From positions 6,109,860-6,173,859 of the forward strand of contig CAJINV010000001.1 of NCBI GenBank assembly GCA_905178155.1: a stretch of DNA of 64,000 bases. The letters are read 5' to 3'. The notes under the pieces were generated by a model. The model was not told the origin of the DNA and did not search any database. It was given only the letters and a program-made list of their open reading frames with translations. How positions within the stretch are numbered: position 1 is the stretch's first letter; each line of letters begins with the position of its first letter. This DNA is from Amoebophrya sp. A120. Its lineage: Eukaryota > Protista > Dinoflagellata. The position numbers and the translations under genes are program-made. Below are positions 50,597 through 61,926 of this stretch, piece by piece.

Positions 50597-51071
50597 GAGT
50601 GAGAAATAAAACAAGGAGTAAAGTGTGTGGTTGTCATACATACTGGACAGGTCTTACATGTGGTTGTGGATGTTTGTTTTCTTTTCCGAAATAAATACTA
50701 GGTGTTTGGACAGTTATTTTTCCGACGGCGCATGCAGTAGCAGTCGTGATGCCCAAGAAGATCAAGATTCATGTGAGTAACTTATTGGCTTGCTTCACCT
50801 GGCGGTGCAGCGGAACAGATTGCACTTTTACCACATCGACACCTCCGGTGTCAGGGGGCCATCGAGTTGCTTCAGATAACAGCATATCGTAGCTGGTCGT
50901 GTTTTGAAAAACAAAGCATGTTCTTCTCGATCTCGAACGCGACTCCACGATCTGTTCAATGTGCTGCATCTTCAGACGGCTAAGTTCCGAAACAACGCAG
51001 ATCAAGGACAAAAAGACAGCGTCCTGATGCCCTTTCGAGGGCCGGGGCGCTCTCTTCGGGACGAAAGAATT

Positions 51072-52891
51072 ATGGCGCTCTTCTCAAATAATGTGATGAT
51101 GCGCGGCCCTATGAGGTACTACTACATCCTCATCGCCATGGGAGTAGTTGCTCCCGCGTTCGTTCAATCTCTGCAGGTGGCCCGTAATAACAAGAAAACT
51201 CTCGACCAGCCGAAAGGATCGATTCCGACATCCAACTTGCGGCCCGTAGAAGAGTTCTACGTGGACAAGCTGCGACACTCTGGCGTGCTCGCCCGAACGA
51301 CAGATCACCAGGGAAATAAAAGCACGAGTGCAAGAGCATCGGCTGCAGCTTCTTCCCTGCAAGAGGCCTTGCAGGAAAAGGCCATCTCTCACTACCAAGC
51401 CGAGTCGTCCGATGGGTTGGCGGAATTAAAGCAAGAAAAACTCGTTTTGAAGAACAAAAAGAGCTACGACGTGCTGTTCCTCGTGCGCGCTTGGCAACTA
51501 ACGACCGAGCAGTACACGCGCCTACGGGAAGAGGTGCTGGACGTGAATGCATTTCACGGTGAGGAACGGCTAAAGGAGCTAAATCTGCACAGCGAAAATC
51601 TGCCTGCTGTGAGTTCCGCCAGAAAACCGAAGATCCAAAATCTCCACATGGTCATCTCGTACGACATCAGCGGCAGGAGAAAAGAAGACGTCTACCAAGA
51701 GATTGAGAAGCAGCACGGCCTTCAGGTTGACAGGGAGAGGCAATTGATCAAATTCTTCTATGATCAAGACGACATCACAGCGCCGCAGCACCAGCAGCAG
51801 GATCAAAGTGCTCAAAAAACAGCTACTCTCCCGATCCACTTTCTGGATCAGAACGGAAACATGAAGGAGCGGTACCAGACTTGGCGGGAGTTCGAGGCGC
51901 CGTGGCAATTCGACGAAGTGAAAAACTACGGCTGGAGCTACCAGACGGAAGCGAGGGACAGCGCCATCGCGTTCATGGAAACGAAGGAGAACCTGGAGTA
52001 CGACTTTGTGTTCGTCGGCGAGGCGGACGTGGGGTGGACGGGGATATCACACAGAAAAAAACTGGCAGGGCATATCTGTAATGCAAAAATAAATAGACAA
52101 AAAAATCTGCATTGCATAACTGAAACAGCATGCTATGGGGCCAAGCATGACAGATTTTTCTGTGCATTTATTTTTGCATTACAAATATGCCCTGCCAGCT
52201 TTTTTCTGTGGGATAGGGGAAGCGGTTTTCCGATTTTTTCGCGCTCTCGGTCGCGACGCAGCCGGATGAGGATTTGCTGGTTTCGGTCCGCCGCCGACCG
52301 TGCGAAAATAAAGTAGAGCACAACGAGGACTCTTCTTCTTCTTCGTGCAATAAAACACATGGGGGTTGGGGCTACGACAAGCCCTACACGAGAGTCGCCG
52401 ACTTGCCGGAAGTCCCCGAGTACAATCTGAAGTTCCACACGCCGAACTTCTTCCGCTTCCTGCAGGGAAAGCTGAAAGAAAACATGTGGCTCGCGGAAGA
52501 GCACTTCCTTCGCCTGTCTAGACCGATGCTTCGCGAACTTCGGCGGCAGTTTGACAAGTTCGACGTGAGCGGCGCCAGCGAGGTCTCCGTCCCGTCGATT
52601 TGCAAGCGGTTCGAGAATTTTTATCACAGCGAGCAGCGGGTCGGCGATCAGGATCAGCAACCTCTTTCGAAGATGAACTTGTTATCCTGTGGTGTCATCG
52701 CGCCGGAGTTCATTTCGCCATTGTTCGACTGGAAAAAGCTGTCGCCACCTGGTAGAGGAGAGGCGTTCTTCGCGGATTTGAAGGAAAAGCAAACGAAAAA
52801 TGATATGACCTCCACGCGTGTCTCTGTCGCCGGAAAGGATGAGCAACGCGCTGCGGCGGGCATTGGGCAACTTGTCCATCCAGTGAAGTGA
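51072..52891 (+). CDS. DUF3405-like putative glycosyltransferase-type protein with N-terminal signal/anchor; interrupted by introner 52045-52215
   Basis: YDFVFVGEADVGWTG...DEDLL and terminal LVHPVK resemble DUF3405 motifs. Hydrophobic N-terminal segment YYYILIAMGVVAPAFV. Confidence 0.6.
52045..52215. mobile_element. Introner/MITE family F (171 nt, long TIR of about 50 nt, direct repeat GGGGA)
   Basis: tatcacacagaaaaaaactggcagggcatatctgtaatgcaaaaataaat ... atttatttttgcattacaaatatgccctgccagcttttttctgtgggata. Excision gives WTG-KRFSDFF in frame. Confidence 0.93.
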
Positions 52892-53647
52892 TAGATGTAT
52901 CTGGAAGTTTGCGATTTTTCCTGAAGATTCATGTAGATGTAGAAACATAAAGCCTTCAGAAACGAAACAAACTGCAGAAAAGAATGTGCTACCGCGTGCC
53001 TCTTCTTTTCCAATCATACGACCGAAACCAACCTATTTAAGTACAACATGAAGCTCACTCTGTGATGGAGCGCCAGGGGTCCGTACCCACTTTATGATGG
53101 AACTCAACACCCAATAGATGTGCGTCTGTATAGTATCTCGCTTCAGTAAATTTGATTTCTGACTGGAATTGCAATTTGTCTTCGGTGGCACCTATGGAAG
53201 TAGTTCAGTCTCTCTGGTGTCGGTCTCGATCTGTGTGCATCTTTGTCGCCCCCAGAACTATTTATTTGCTTCGGTCTTTCTGGTGGATCTGATTGTGATT
53301 GGAATTTATTGGAGATTCGGTTTCGCCGCGGCGTTGTTGTGGTAAGAGCCAGTCGCGAGGCGACCACTTCGTGCTGCAGTATTCAAGTATTATGATCCGC
53401 TCATAGTGTTGCAGTGCTGACGTGCAGACTTTCCCGATTGAAATCAGATATCATAATTTACGAATTTTCCGTTTACTTAGTCGTGTTTTCCCCATTCCTC
53501 CACTTCGTTAGAAAGAGCAAACAGAGATGCCACGACAAGTCCTGTTGGTGTTGCGAATAAAGTTGTAGCCAGCAAATTACAATCTCAATTCTGAATAACC
53601 GGCGGCGGGAACAACAAAACAAGTGATAGTGAAGCGACAAAACCACA

Positions 53648-54238
53648 ATGGCAAGCTTCTTTGCCCACTTTCTCGTTCTCCAACAGATTTTGTTTTTCCC
53701 AGCGCGCGTCGAAGGTATCCTGCTCGGGGGCACGGAGCTTTACCCCGATATTTTGCCGGAGTCCGTGCTCGAACTGGAAGAAACGGAAAACCAGACTCCC
53801 TTCTATTGTCCAGCGAAGAATGCCCGCGGAAACTACCTGCGTGAAGACGACGATAGCATTAATTCGCCGACGGGACTAATCGGAAAGATGAAGACATACG
53901 GACGTAAGATAAAAAACGTCTCCCGCAACTGGTATATTAAGCGGATTTGCGAAGCAAGGGATGGGAGCACGCTGCAAAAGCAATGTCTTGACTTCAAGAA
54001 GGCCATGGACTCGATTCCACAAGATGGGGACGATGATGTCCAGAATGCCATCAAGCTAGTCCAGAATCTTGCCAAGATATTCGAACAGGCAAAGACGGTG
54101 CTTGCGGAGGCCGACGAGCAACGCGAAGTCGTCCCCTATGAATGCGAGTTTCTTGTGAAGAAAACGATAGACGAAGTGGAGGCGAGTCCCGCTTGGGAGA
54201 AAGCATTGGAAAATATCGGGATTGGGAAACAGATGTAA
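53648..54238 (+). CDS. Small secreted helical protein, unknown function
   Basis: Intronless 196-aa ORF with a signal-peptide-like N-terminus and a charged helical body containing four Cys. Confidence 0.65.
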   Translation: MASFFAHFLVLQQILFFPARVEGILLGGTELYPDILPESVLELEETENQTPFYCPAKNARGNYLREDDDSINSPTGLIGKMKTYGRKIKNVSRNWYIKRICEARDGSTLQKQCLDFKKAMDSIPQDGDDDVQNAIKLVQNLAKIFEQAKTVLAEADEQREVVPYECEFLVKKTIDEVEASPAWEKALENIGIGKQM

Positions 54239-55068
54239 GGAAAATTTTGTCTCTATTTCTTTTGATCTCTCTTGCTCTTCGGAGAATGCTGTGCCTGTAT
54301 TACTCGGCGAGGTTACGACACAACAATCAAATAAAGTTAACTTTTACATCTTTTGAAAAATGTAAATGAAGATCGAAAAGGTATGCATAAATAAAGGTAA
54401 ACCTTTTTGGTTTTTTCTAACGCTGAGTGACCTACGTGTAGGTTTTCCGTTTTCTCCTTTTGAACACTCACGGTCTTCTTTCGCGGCAAACGCTGGAAGT
54501 CGAAAAGTAAGTAGCTCGCAGCGAATATTTGTAGGGATGTAGGATAAGTAAAAGTAGAAGAGCCGCAGATCAAGAACAGCGTGAAGACCAAGACCCAGAA
54601 AGATCGTCGGAGAAGATCTGAACGAGTGCGCAATTTTGTCGTGTACGATTGATGAAGATGATGATGGTGGATTGAGGGCGAGGCTCCTGTTGTAGCCGTT
54701 GGTGTTCATCGAGTCAAATCGAAGTTTGAATTGCTTATGTCCTGGTTGCGATCAACACTCGTACTCGATTTTTCCTCTACTTTGTTGGTTGTTCCTCTGT
54801 GTCTAAGGGTCATTCTTTTGGTCCTGGTATCTATTCTGTTTTCGCTTTCTGTCATTGAATTTACTTATCGTCTTCGATTTTACTTATCCCATGTTCTGTC
54901 TTCTTGACGTGAAGATGCTGTAGCTTTCTGACGGCGTCTTCTGGATCTGGGGCTGGCGGCCCCAGGCGGAGGTTTGTGTTGTCTCGTCACGGAGTGTCGT
55001 TTTCATATATATCGGCTTCTTATGCTTTCACCTTCACCTCCACGAGTCAGCACGACCGCAAAGTCAAA

Positions 55069-56727
55069 ATGTGGAAGCAGTATTTGATATCTTTTTGTGG
55101 GTGGTGCTCGTTCTCCTCCCATTGCGCATTCGTTTCTGGGGTAGTCCGCGGGCGGTCACTCCTCCGATCTACAGAAGTACTGCACACGAATGGAGACCCG
55201 ACGAAGAACGCAAGCACATCATCCGCAGTTCCGCCTTTTCTCTACTATGTGTACGACACAGCTGATTTCAACTGGCGGCGCGACGGATGCGTTTGGGGGC
55301 CGGAAAAGCGGTCTCTGGCGCTGGATGTTGAGTCCGGAAAAAGCCCCCGCCCCAGCTTGTTTTACACCCTGCAGGAGAAGTTTATGGGAAAGCATATGTC
55401 GGACATTTTGTTTTCCGACCGGGCACTGGAAAAGAACCATCCCTGGCGGACGGAAGACCCCGAAAAAGCGCAAGTGTTCGTCGTCCCCGCGCTCCTGAAT
55501 CTCCTGTCGCAGGCACAGAGCTCTTTTGCAAAAGATCTCGGGCCGATTTGCTGCCCATCAGGAGAAGACAAGCTGGTTTGCGACTCGGACCTCGCCGCGA
55601 ATCTGGATGCAGCTTTAGGGAAGAGCGAGTACTTCCGACGCAAACACGGTGCGGACCACGTGATCGTAGCATCCCACTGGCAGTCGCACTTGCTGTTTGA
55701 GCACACGCTGCCGAATGTGAATCGCTTGAACGTGATATCGTTCGAAGGCGAACTGTGGTGGAAGTCGCCCGGCGTGTTCGCGGCCGGCGAGAAGCCGCGT
55801 AAGCGCATTCCGGATCTCTACGTTCCTGTGGTGTGTCCTTCTGAAACGGAAAGCACAGCAACACCAGCTGCTGAAAATGAAAATCAGTTTCTGAAGAAAA
55901 AAATTACAAGAAATGCGAAAGAACAAGACGTTCCGGTGCGAGCAAGATCTTCTTCTAGTTCTATGCAAGCACTGCACAGTACACGCCATGATGAGCAGTC
56001 GTTTCCCCCTGCCGGTTACTTTTCGATGATCGGACAAGTGGACAAGCGGCCGGCGTACCAATTCAGAAAATGCATCTGCGAAGCGGTCGACGCCATTGCA
56101 GATGCAGAAGTCAGAGACCATTCGATCTGCGCCAGCACTAGCAATGCGACGTCGACTGTCTTTCCCAATCGGTGTCCGGGAGAGCCAGACGTGTGGCCGA
56201 GCAGACGAACACTGGACAGCAGCACGACACCTCCAGAGAAGAACAACAAGCTCTCCGCTACAACTTCTGAAATCGCCTGTACCATGGGCCGCTCGACGAA
56301 AAAGTACTGTGATGCGTTGACGAAAACGCGGTTCACGCTCTACGCCTCGGGTGACACGCCCTCCAGCAACCGGCTGGCTGATGCCATCGAGTACGGATCG
56401 GTGCCCGTTTTTTTGCAGAAGAACCAAACCACCCTTCTCCCCTTCCGCTCAAGAATACCCTGGGACAAGCTTGCGGTGGTGTTCCCAACGCTAGAGGAAG
56501 ACGAGGAGAGCTGCGACCGGGAGCACCTAGCGGCTGTTCTCGCGCGAGTGGCGCACACCGTGAGGGGCCCACTGTTGGCGGCGTATGAGAAAAAGATTGA
56601 AGAATATCGACCCTATCTCTCGTGGACGGCTCCAAAAAGTAAGGTTTTCGAAATGCTCCTGATGGAGGTAGTAGGGCCGGGAAAAAGTGAAAAGGTTGAC
56701 GACCACAATGAGATTTTCACTTGGTGA
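55069..56727 (+). CDS. Exostosin-family (GT47) glycosyltransferase
   Basis: YYVYD, WRTEDPEKAQVFVVP, YFRRKHGADHVIVASHW, RFTLYASGDTPSSNRLADAIEYGSVPV and LPFRSRIPWDK are GT47 signatures. Confidence 0.88.
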   Translation: MWKQYLISFCGWCSFSSHCAFVSGVVRGRSLLRSTEVLHTNGDPTKNASTSSAVPPFLYYVYDTADFNWRRDGCVWGPEKRSLALDVESGKSPRPSLFYTLQEKFMGKHMSDILFSDRALEKNHPWRTEDPEKAQVFVVPALLNLLSQAQSSFAKDLGPICCPSGEDKLVCDSDLAANLDAALGKSEYFRRKHGADHVIVASHWQSHLLFEHTLPNVNRLNVISFEGELWWKSPGVFAAGEKPRKRIPDLYVPVVCPSETESTATPAAENENQFLKKKITRNAKEQDVPVRARSSSSSMQALHSTRHDEQSFPPAGYFSMIGQVDKRPAYQFRKCICEAVDAIADAEVRDHSICASTSNATSTVFPNRCPGEPDVWPSRRTLDSSTTPPEKNNKLSATTSEIACTMGRSTKKYCDALTKTRFTLYASGDTPSSNRLADAIEYGSVPVFLQKNQTTLLPFRSRIPWDKLAVVFPTLEEDEESCDREHLAAVLARVAHTVRGPLLAAYEKKIEEYRPYLSWTAPKSKVFEMLLMEVVGPGKSEKVDDHNEIFTW

Positions 56728-57356
56728 AACTGCCCAATTTGAATTTCTTTTCCAGATGTAGTGAGGTAAAGCTGCTAAAGCAATCTTCGAACTTGACCTA
56801 AACCCTAAACGCGCCGTTGGTTACTTACCACAGACTGATGCAACTGGCATCGTATCTGTTCTACCTCATTTTGAGTGTTCGAGCTGCAGCCGCAGCTGCT
56901 CCTCACGACGGAATGGGTCGTCGTGATTAGCAAGCAGAAATGGAAGTCGTATGGTGAGGAGAATTTGAAGAAGTAGGAGGTGGCAATGGTAAGAAGGGAG
57001 GTGTCTTGACGCAAATTTCCATCGCGGTTGTCTACTTGGTGGAGCTCCCGCGGGTGCAGTTTAGCATATTAGCTTCGACACTGAATTGTGATATAGTAGC
57101 AGTAGAGCAGCAGGACGAGAAGCCCACGACAGGAATCAAAAACAAAATACGTCGTCCACCCGGTGTCCTAAGCCGACGTGTCATACAGTGTTCAGTGTGC
57201 GTTTCTCTACTCGCACGCAGGAGAATTCGCAACTGGTGCCACGTGATCGCTTTGCAGAGTGAGCACATTTACCCAGATCGGGTGAGCGAAAAAATACTGA
57301 AGATTGTCGCCGCCATCGCTACACCAGTATAACAAGCGTGACCGTGTGCCGCAGTT

Positions 57357-59101
57357 ATGACCACCAGCACCGAGGAGGAGTTTGCCCGGCTGAAGGCCCT
57401 GGTCTTCCGCACGCTTGAGAATAATGGGGTCTTACGGGATATCCGCACGCAAATCCGGCACAACGTTTACAAGACGATCGAGCAGGACGAGGTCTCTTTG
57501 TTGAAGCCGACACTGCACGAACCCTCCTTGGCAGCGACTCTCGTATTCGATTGGCTGGAACGGAGCGGGTAAGTGGAATCAATATACAACTCTTGTTTGA
57601 GTTTGAAATAAGTTGAAGAAAGAGCTTAAACACTTTTTCTTTTTGCACTTTGTATGGCATTCACTCACACTCTCGGCGGGTGTTCTCACTACAATAAGCC
57701 ACGCCCAGCGGTGTAGATTACACGAAAACTCTTGCGCTTTACTCAGGTACGCACGGACAGCCAACCTGCTGCAGCACGAAGCCAATCTGAGACAACCGGA
57801 CGAGGAGAATTTGAGCTCGGCGCGAAAAGACCTTGATCTGGCACCATCAGACAATCGTTGTATCCTGGAGGCGGTTCTGCAAGAAAAATCATCTGGGACA
57901 CGGCATGAAATCACGCCGACGATTCCTTTGTGAGATAGTTTGCCGATTTTCATTTAACTGCTTTATCATCATGCTGCTTGTTCTTTTTAGACTGAACGAC
58001 CATCATCAACTCATGGACATAAACTAACAGAGCGCACAGTACTATGAACGTCACAGTTAGACGTCATTGAGGTACAACCACCTTGCTGCCGTTCCCATTC
58101 ATATTCAATGGATTGACTACATGTGGCTTTGCAACTTCACAGCAACCCACCTGTTCGCGAACGCGAGAACCTAGATGCAGCAGAATCTCGAGGCGCTGGT
58201 GGTGCAGCGACTACAACGAAGGACGATCTCCAGCCGAAAGTGGAAGCAAAGCCAACTTCGCTTGAGCCGCTGCCAAGTAAGTACATTTCCAAGCCTTTTG
58301 CAGGGCCAATTTTTTGGATTCTTGTGAGCTCTGTGACTACAGTGCGTGTAGTAGAAAGATCGTTTTGAGAACAAGTTCTTGTTCCTGTACCATTAGGCAC
58401 ACATCAACGCAAGGAAAAGCATAAAGGAAAACGAAAAACAGAACCCGCCAGCAAATTTCTTTCCGACCTTCCACCAATCGGCGGCAGAACAGCGAGCGGC
58501 TCCACCAGCGAAGACAATGGCATACTCAATGAGATCGACAGCAAAATCGCAAATCTCAGGCTGGGCAAGACTGGAGCAAGCTCTATTGGACCAGAGGTAT
58601 TTACGCTGGTGTTGTAGTCCTTCGCAGCTCATTTGGTTTCGCCCGTTCGCTGCAATCTGAGACACACAGACCGGCACGACTCGCAAATTGTTCGTACTTG
58701 ATAAAATTTTCAAATCTGTTCTTACCCAGCTCGGCTCCGCGACCTCCGCGTCCTCGTCCAAGAACCCGTCTTCGGACGCTGCTGCCCCGCCTGGAAATTC
58801 ATCTACGGCCATCAACAAACCGGCGGAACCAACACCAAGCGCCAGTCCAGGTGTTTCTGCAGCGACAAGCAACGCGGCTGCGAAGTTTTCCACGTTCAAC
58901 ACGAAACCCGCGGAAGAGGACGAAGAGGAAATCATGAGCGAGATCGAGGAGAGCATATCCGCGGGCGGTCTGAGCGAGGAATACGAAGAAGATTTCGTAC
59001 AGGAGACAAAGACGCACGAATCCCTACCCCAGGTAGCGGATTTTTCCGTCGACAGCACCGAGCTGGAAAAGTACGATCACATGGAGGAAATTGGGAGCTG
59101 A
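57357..59101 (+). CDS. CEP43: FOP/FGFR1OP (CEP43) centrosomal/basal-body protein; introns 57569-57746, 57903-58142 (GC-AG), 58277-58396 and 58597-58729
   Basis: LKALVFRTLENNGVLRDIRTQIRHNVY (FOP N-terminal dimerisation region), LisH-like LVFDWLERSG|YARTANLLQHEANL, LSDLPPIGG and an acidic C-terminal YDHMEEI. Confidence 0.75.
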
Positions 59102-60113
59102 AACGACGAAGGCTTTGCGGTAGCTGCCAAGGTGGAAAAAGACAAACAGTTCTTGATGCATCATGTAGGTCGTGATCTTCCTCTGTTCTTGGGAAGACCC
59201 AGTGAATGTTGTTGCCATCGTACAACACTATTCGCAGATCTGGTTCATATATAAAACCGAGGACAGTAGCCTGCACTCGTCTCTCAAGCGGTTGTTGAGA
59301 GAGTGATATACATCGCTCGCGGCTACTAGACGCATCGCCGAATACAACCAAGTCCACGCCCGCTGTAATTATTTCCGGTGAGTCAAAATGACTGCAAGCA
59401 GAGCGTGAAGTGCCAATGTGTGACAACTACGCATCCCATACTAGCTCTTCCAGTGAGCAAGGCGTCCTGGTCTTGCCATTGGATCCTTCGGCACGATGGC
59501 AGTGCGTTGTTTGATCATCGTGATACAAATTTACTTCCTGTCACAAGAAAGAGGGCGAAGTACAGTTGCGGATCAATTTCGAGCTATCTTGTTTCTGCTT
59601 TATTGATGTGCTGGGGTGCGAATCATGCGATCTCGTTCTCGGAGATCATTTTCATTCAAAGGATCATCTCAACATGAACAGGATCAGGATCATATTGCCA
59701 TCTCCAAGAGGAAGGACAGGCTTGAGGTGTGTGGGCACTTTTCGATGTCGGAAGAAAGATATTCGTAAAGATAAATGGGTTTCTTCGAGACGGTAATGGT
59801 TTGAGTTTGTGCAAGCGCTGCAGCATGAAGATTTGTTCGTGTTTATAGTGGGTGAAAGTCGTCACAATTCTCGATCTAAAACAAAGTAACAAATCCAGTC
59901 CGAGACGATGAGCTGCTTAGGGTTAGGTTGCAGCGAACTAGCCAAAAAATAGAATCTTGATGTTCTGATGCGACGGCCTAGTTACGGGAACAAGAAGGCC
60001 GCTCGTGGAGAACTAGTACTGGCATATAGTCTTTATTCTGTTTTTTATTTCGTTTTCCTGAACTTTGACTTTCCAACCACAGAAGTGAAGAAAGAGGATT
60101 TTTTCACACGAAA

Positions 60114-61040
60114 ATGGAATACGATTTTACGGAGACGCGTGAGAAGGTCCTGCAGTCCAAGCAGGCGGTTGTGGATGAGAGAGTCGCTGAAATTCGATTT
60201 CTTTGTCGCCGATGGGAGGCTGTAATTCGTGGCTTTTACGAGAACCTAGCTTCAGGGACGGGCAACATGGCGGAAGAAGGCTGGGGGGACAAAGCTTACT
60301 GCAGATCGGCCCTCAGGGAGGATCGCAGGGAGCGTCTAAGCGAATTCTTCTCATCGTACAACGAGAAGGATCCACTTACAAACAAGACCCGCGTACCAGA
60401 GGAGGGATCCGTGGAACAGTTCTTTGTCGATGAAATATGTGCGGCTGCGAAGTGCCGCCCCTGTAAAGGTCTAGGGAACAGAGTTGACGAAATTCTTTTT
60501 GCCTCCGAAAGCGATATCCACACAGATGATGAAGGTGGAGGAGGCGTGCTGCCGCTGCGCGCGTTAGAAGGCCCGGGCGCGGCGACGTACCCAATAGCCA
60601 CTGACTTTAGCGTAACTACGAGCTCTTTGCTTGACTTTGTCACGGATTCAGACATGCGGGGAATGAAGGACTTGCGGCGGCAGCTCCGTGCGGCAATTAC
60701 GGAAAAGGACCGCGCAGAGAAGAACATCGAAGAAATAGAAAACGGCGACTTCGAGGGCGCGGTCTGCATGAGCAGTTCCAAAGAGGAAAACTTTCCTGTC
60801 CTTGTCATGCTCAGCTGTTGTCACGTGTTCTGCTTCGACTGCGCGAGCAAGGTCATAAATAGCGGTCCCGTCGGTGTGGCTCAGGCAGACGATGAGCAGG
60901 AGAGTGTTACCAGATGGAAATGCCCAACTTGTAGGAAAGACATCGACGAGGAATCTACTGCGCGCATTCCGGCTATGCTCTTCGCTGGAAAGCGGCGGAA
61001 AATGGCGGTCGCAAAGGAACGACAAGATTTAGATCATTAA
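60114..61040 (+). CDS. RING-finger (C3HC4) protein, paralog 1 (first Zn ligand Cys replaced by Gly)
   Basis: EGAVC...CCHVFCFDC...CPTCR. Aligned end to end with 61927-62847. Confidence 0.85.
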   Translation: MEYDFTETREKVLQSKQAVVDERVAEIRFLCRRWEAVIRGFYENLASGTGNMAEEGWGDKAYCRSALREDRRERLSEFFSSYNEKDPLTNKTRVPEEGSVEQFFVDEICAAAKCRPCKGLGNRVDEILFASESDIHTDDEGGGGVLPLRALEGPGAATYPIATDFSVTTSSLLDFVTDSDMRGMKDLRRQLRAAITEKDRAEKNIEEIENGDFEGAVCMSSSKEENFPVLVMLSCCHVFCFDCASKVINSGPVGVAQADDEQESVTRWKCPTCRKDIDEESTARIPAMLFAGKRRKMAVAKERQDLDH

Positions 61041-61926
61041 AACACCAGTCTTGTCAACAGCAGCTGCAGCACCAAAATGCAGTGCTGTGACCGCCAGTGC
61101 TACTGCCGCATTTTGTTTTTTCATCAGCATGAGCAGTAACTTGCCTCGTCACACCGAAAATACAAAATAAAAATATCCGTTGAGGATTGATATGACTGCA
61201 ACCGAAACCTAAAATGGCAATGTGTTGCAGCGCATCTCGTTGCTCTTGCAGCTCTTGCACTACCTTTTTTTTGATTCTTTGGCATTGCCATTGTGGCAGC
61301 GCGTCGGTTGATTGTCGTGATCTGGTAACCAAAGCGTGAATTAATTGCTTGTCACGAAGAGGGCGAAGGACCAATTACGAGCCACCTTGTTTGTGTTTCA
61401 TTGATGTGTTGGGGTGACGACAACTACGATATCGGAGATAATGCACATTCATAGTTTTTTTTTTTTTTGTGGGCTAATATAGTGCCGAAGAAGCTTGCTT
61501 CGCATTGTTTTTTTTGGGGGAACATTCATTCGTATTTTTTCTTCTATCGGAAGGCCAAGAGCAAGATAGAGATCGTGACTCCTGCGTAACCGTAGCTAGA
61601 CCCTGGAACCAGAAGAGCCAGTCTCTCACTCTAACGCCTGCAGTACGCGAATAGTTCTCATTCTCTTCGGGCCTTATTCTTATTGATATTTTAGCTCTTG
61701 AGGAAAACAAAATAAACATCACAGGAGACAAGGGAGAGGTTTGCGTTTCCCGAAATACCGTCGTGAACAGGTGGTGGATCGAAGATTTGTATATTCGTGC
61801 TACAATAAGAGTAACAATTTTGTACATTTTCTACTTTTTTACTTCGAAAGTAAGAACCGGAAAGGGTCAGTTTAGGTTTCAGGGTTTAGGCCACTTTTAT
61901 ATTCGAAAGAAAAAACTCATCAAATT

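Noticed and set aside
52045-52215. Long hairpin as a miRNA precursor or terminator
   Set aside because: It has the same TATC/ATA ends, 5-nt direct repeat and internal motif as the other introners and lies mid-CDS.
34623-52891. Frameshifts and stops suggesting pseudogenes or an alternative genetic code
   Set aside because: Every break is explained by a GT-AG intron or a TIR element whose removal restores the frame. Standard stop codons end the genes.
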